Positions 61,631 to 64,000 of a stretch of DNA of 64,000 bases are shown here, piece by piece. How positions within the stretch are numbered: position 1 is the stretch's first letter; each line of letters opens with the position of its first letter. Where the stretch lies: contig OZ316897.1 in the NCBI GenBank assembly GCA_973895155.1, positions 19,533,224 to 19,597,223 of the forward strand, written 5' to 3'. Source of the DNA: Marsupella aquatica (Eukaryota; Plantae; Marchantiophyta). A program made the position numbers and the translations under genes. A model generated the notes under the pieces. It was given only the letters and a program-made list of their open reading frames with translations. It was not told the DNA's origin and ran no database searches.

Positions 61631-62059
61631 GGCTGTTGGTGGTGGTTGTGCTGCTGCTACTGGTACCGACTCTAATAGTACATGTGGTGCAATGGCTGGT
61701 GGTGCTGGTGCAAGTGGTGGTAAGGACTCCGAGACTAATATACACGGTATAGGGGCTGGTGCTGTTGCTGCAACTGGCGCTATGAAGTCTGGGAGTAGAG
61801 TCTCAGGTGTAGGGGTTGGTGGTGCTACGAACTCCGAGATAGTCTCCGATACTACTCCTTCCTGCAATGAACAGAAGGAGCATCCAAATACGATGAGGCT
61901 CATGTATTCACAATTTGCAAAGAAATTTCAAAAGTAATTGAAGCAAAGAAACAAAGACTGACCTGGAGGGGGTAGCCGTCCTCTCCCTCTCCATAGGCGT
62001 GAAGAATATTTTGGAGGCTTGAAACCAAGTCACACTATTGTGAAAAGTTGATTCCTTGT

Positions 62060-62260
62060 TCATAAACATCCTGAATAGGATTGTCAATGGGATCCTGAAC
62101 AGAATGGTCAATAGGATCATGAATAGGATGGTCAATAGGATCCTGAATAGGATCATGAACAGGATGCTCAATAAGATGGTCAACATCCTCAACATGAGAA
62201 GGATTATGATGATCACTGTCTTCATCATCCTAAACATGAGAAGGAACCTGAATAGGATCT
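62060..62260. repeat. 12-bp degenerate coding repeat (DPIQ/DPID/HPIH on the minus strand)
   Basis: Repeated GGATCCTGAATA / GGATGGTCAATA units. Confidence 0.75.
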
Positions 62261-64000
62261 TGTACAAGAGGCGGGTCCTCAACTGAAGTATTGAGGATAG
62301 GTTCAGATACAACGTCTGGCTCATCTGGGTGTTTATCAGCATCATTTAGCAATAGACCCCACTTCTCAGGCCCAGGCTCATAGTCACTATCGTCAGAAGT
62401 GTCCTCCCACTCTTCATTTAGTCCAGCCTGCACATGGTTGGGACAAGATGAGAATGGAATGTACAAACAACAAGCAAAGATTGCAGGAAGTAAAATAAAA
62501 AGTTCATACCTCTATTCGTGCAGCTTCAGTGGTCATGCCCCGACCTTTGTATTCCTGTAGCAAATTGTTAGTGGCTGTGGCTATGCTGACAGGCTTTTGC
62601 TCTTCTTTCCAGTCCTTGTAATCTTGGTATGCAGCATCAAAGTCCACTTCTTTGGGCCCATGCTTCCACTGCAGAAGCGCTCTTTTCTGAGTCAAGTAAT
62701 TCAAGGCATCTGCAACGAGAGCCTCTCGAATTGTATCAAACTGCATCAGCTCGGGAGGTTGCACCTCCACATCTGCCCGGGGGAAAATGCATGGCAGGAC
62801 ACTACAATCTAATTGAAGTGCCTGCAACTTACGATCTCTAGGTAGGAGTACCGGCAAAGCTCGGATTGAAGCAACCCAGCGAGACAGAATAGGAGAAATT
62901 GCAGTAGCTGACACAGAGTCTTGCAACATCTCGTACAAACTGTCATCCAACAAGGATGACCAACCATTAGCCTGCCCTGCACGTATGTGCACTTCCTTGA
63001 TGACACGAATAAGCAATGATTTTGCAGGAACAAGCGGCTCATCTGCAGCAACACCATACTTCTTCTTTAGCATTGTCTTCTTCCGCAACTTAGTCTGTCT
63101 CCACCGAAGTCGCACAGTGGATCGAAGCCGGTTCCAAGAGGCCTGATTGTTCTCCTTCCTCACATTTGGCCCAGGGGCCTTATGTTTCTTGGCAATCCGA
63201 GTGGAGAAGTCGGATTTTGAGAACAACCAAGGTTTGCCCGCCTCCAGTAATGCAGGTGGCAACTCCAACTTGTGTGTGACGTCCATGTGGGTCTGGAAAC
63301 CAGCAAAGGAAGAAAATGATCGAGGCTTGTGATCACCAGCTATGCAGACAAACACATGCTTGCCTTCAGCATCGACATGATGTCGGAAGTGATTCTCTTC
63401 CTCTGCTACCCGAATTCTTCTCATTCATGGCGCCATGGAAACTGAGCATGAACCTTGGTTGGGCTCAAAATTGAACCCAACCCTCTCCAGCCTATGACCT
63501 TGACCTTCAGCCTGTATTGCTTTCCACTCCTTAATGGAAGCAGAGCGGTCCCTACACTCATGCCGACGACTTCAACAGATAAGCAAATTTAGAAGACACG
63601 AATGTCATGGTATTCAAAGAGAGTAGAAGAACTCGCAAACATCCATGTCATGGTATTCAAAACATGCACCTCCAACATTCGTCGACTTGCAGTCAGTCAT
63701 ACCTAGTGCTTCGACCGAGAATCTCCCCCTTCAAGTCAGACACAGATCAATCCCTGTCATGAAGTCCACTTTGCCTAGAGCTCGCAGGCAACCACAAAAT
63801 CCTGAGAGGAAACTTCATTCACAAATTCAAGGACAGGATTGAACTGCCAAATGAAAGCAATCCCTACATTGTTATCCATGTAGTATTGAAACTATGCAAC
63901 AGAACCGGAAGACATGGATGTGATGGTGATCAAAAATTGCATAAGAACTGGGAAGACAATGCAAATGATTTGCACTATTATGAAGAAGAGCACAACAAGA

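Larger units (their letters stand above)
55020..63424 (-). pseudogene. Multi-exon gene of unknown function (zinc-finger-like N-terminus, acidic repeat exon, array of RG/Pro-rich exons); solo LTR in an intron
   Basis: Exon 63424-62510 (GTATGA donor); exon 62427-~61963 (internal TAGs); exon ~61861-61615; further TTGTAG|...|GTA exons near 61508, 60742, 55885, 55678 and 55325. Confidence 0.6.

Noticed and set aside
61908-62345. Hydrophobic 145-aa ORF (ILFRILLT repeats) as a membrane protein
   Set aside because: Alternative frame of the 12-bp acidic coding repeat

Overview
Eukaryotic, plant-type DNA made almost entirely of nested transposons; a non-seed land plant host is an inference. All boundaries were read by eye from termini and target-site duplications (TSDs). 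Outermost is a Mutator-like (MULE) transposase (50329-52971). Gypsy-2 (7217-50328) is inserted in it. Gypsy-1 (<1-7216) sits in the 5' LTR of Gypsy-2, and a complete CACTA element (8166-43424, TSD TCT) sits in its gag. The CACTA in turn holds a Bianca-like copia (8825-14609, TSD CTTAT) and an intact Athila-like Gypsy-3 (20509-32957, minus strand, TSD GGCAT). A solo LTR of the Gypsy-1 family (55945-60604, TSD CTCCC) lies in an intron of a multi-exon minus-strand gene. Two candidate novel systems stand out. (1) The ~4.65-kb Gypsy-1 LTR itself encodes a ~1,200-aa protein with a PMD-like motif and a long coiled coil; it is seen in two copies with different single stops. (2) The ~17-kb net CACTA carries a co-oriented cargo set (stand-alone EDM2-like PHD module, tandem BRCT, F-box, Cys-rich ORF), most preceded by a splice-acceptor-like site, possibly an anti-silencing toolkit. 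Domain calls are motif recognition only; no database searches were run.
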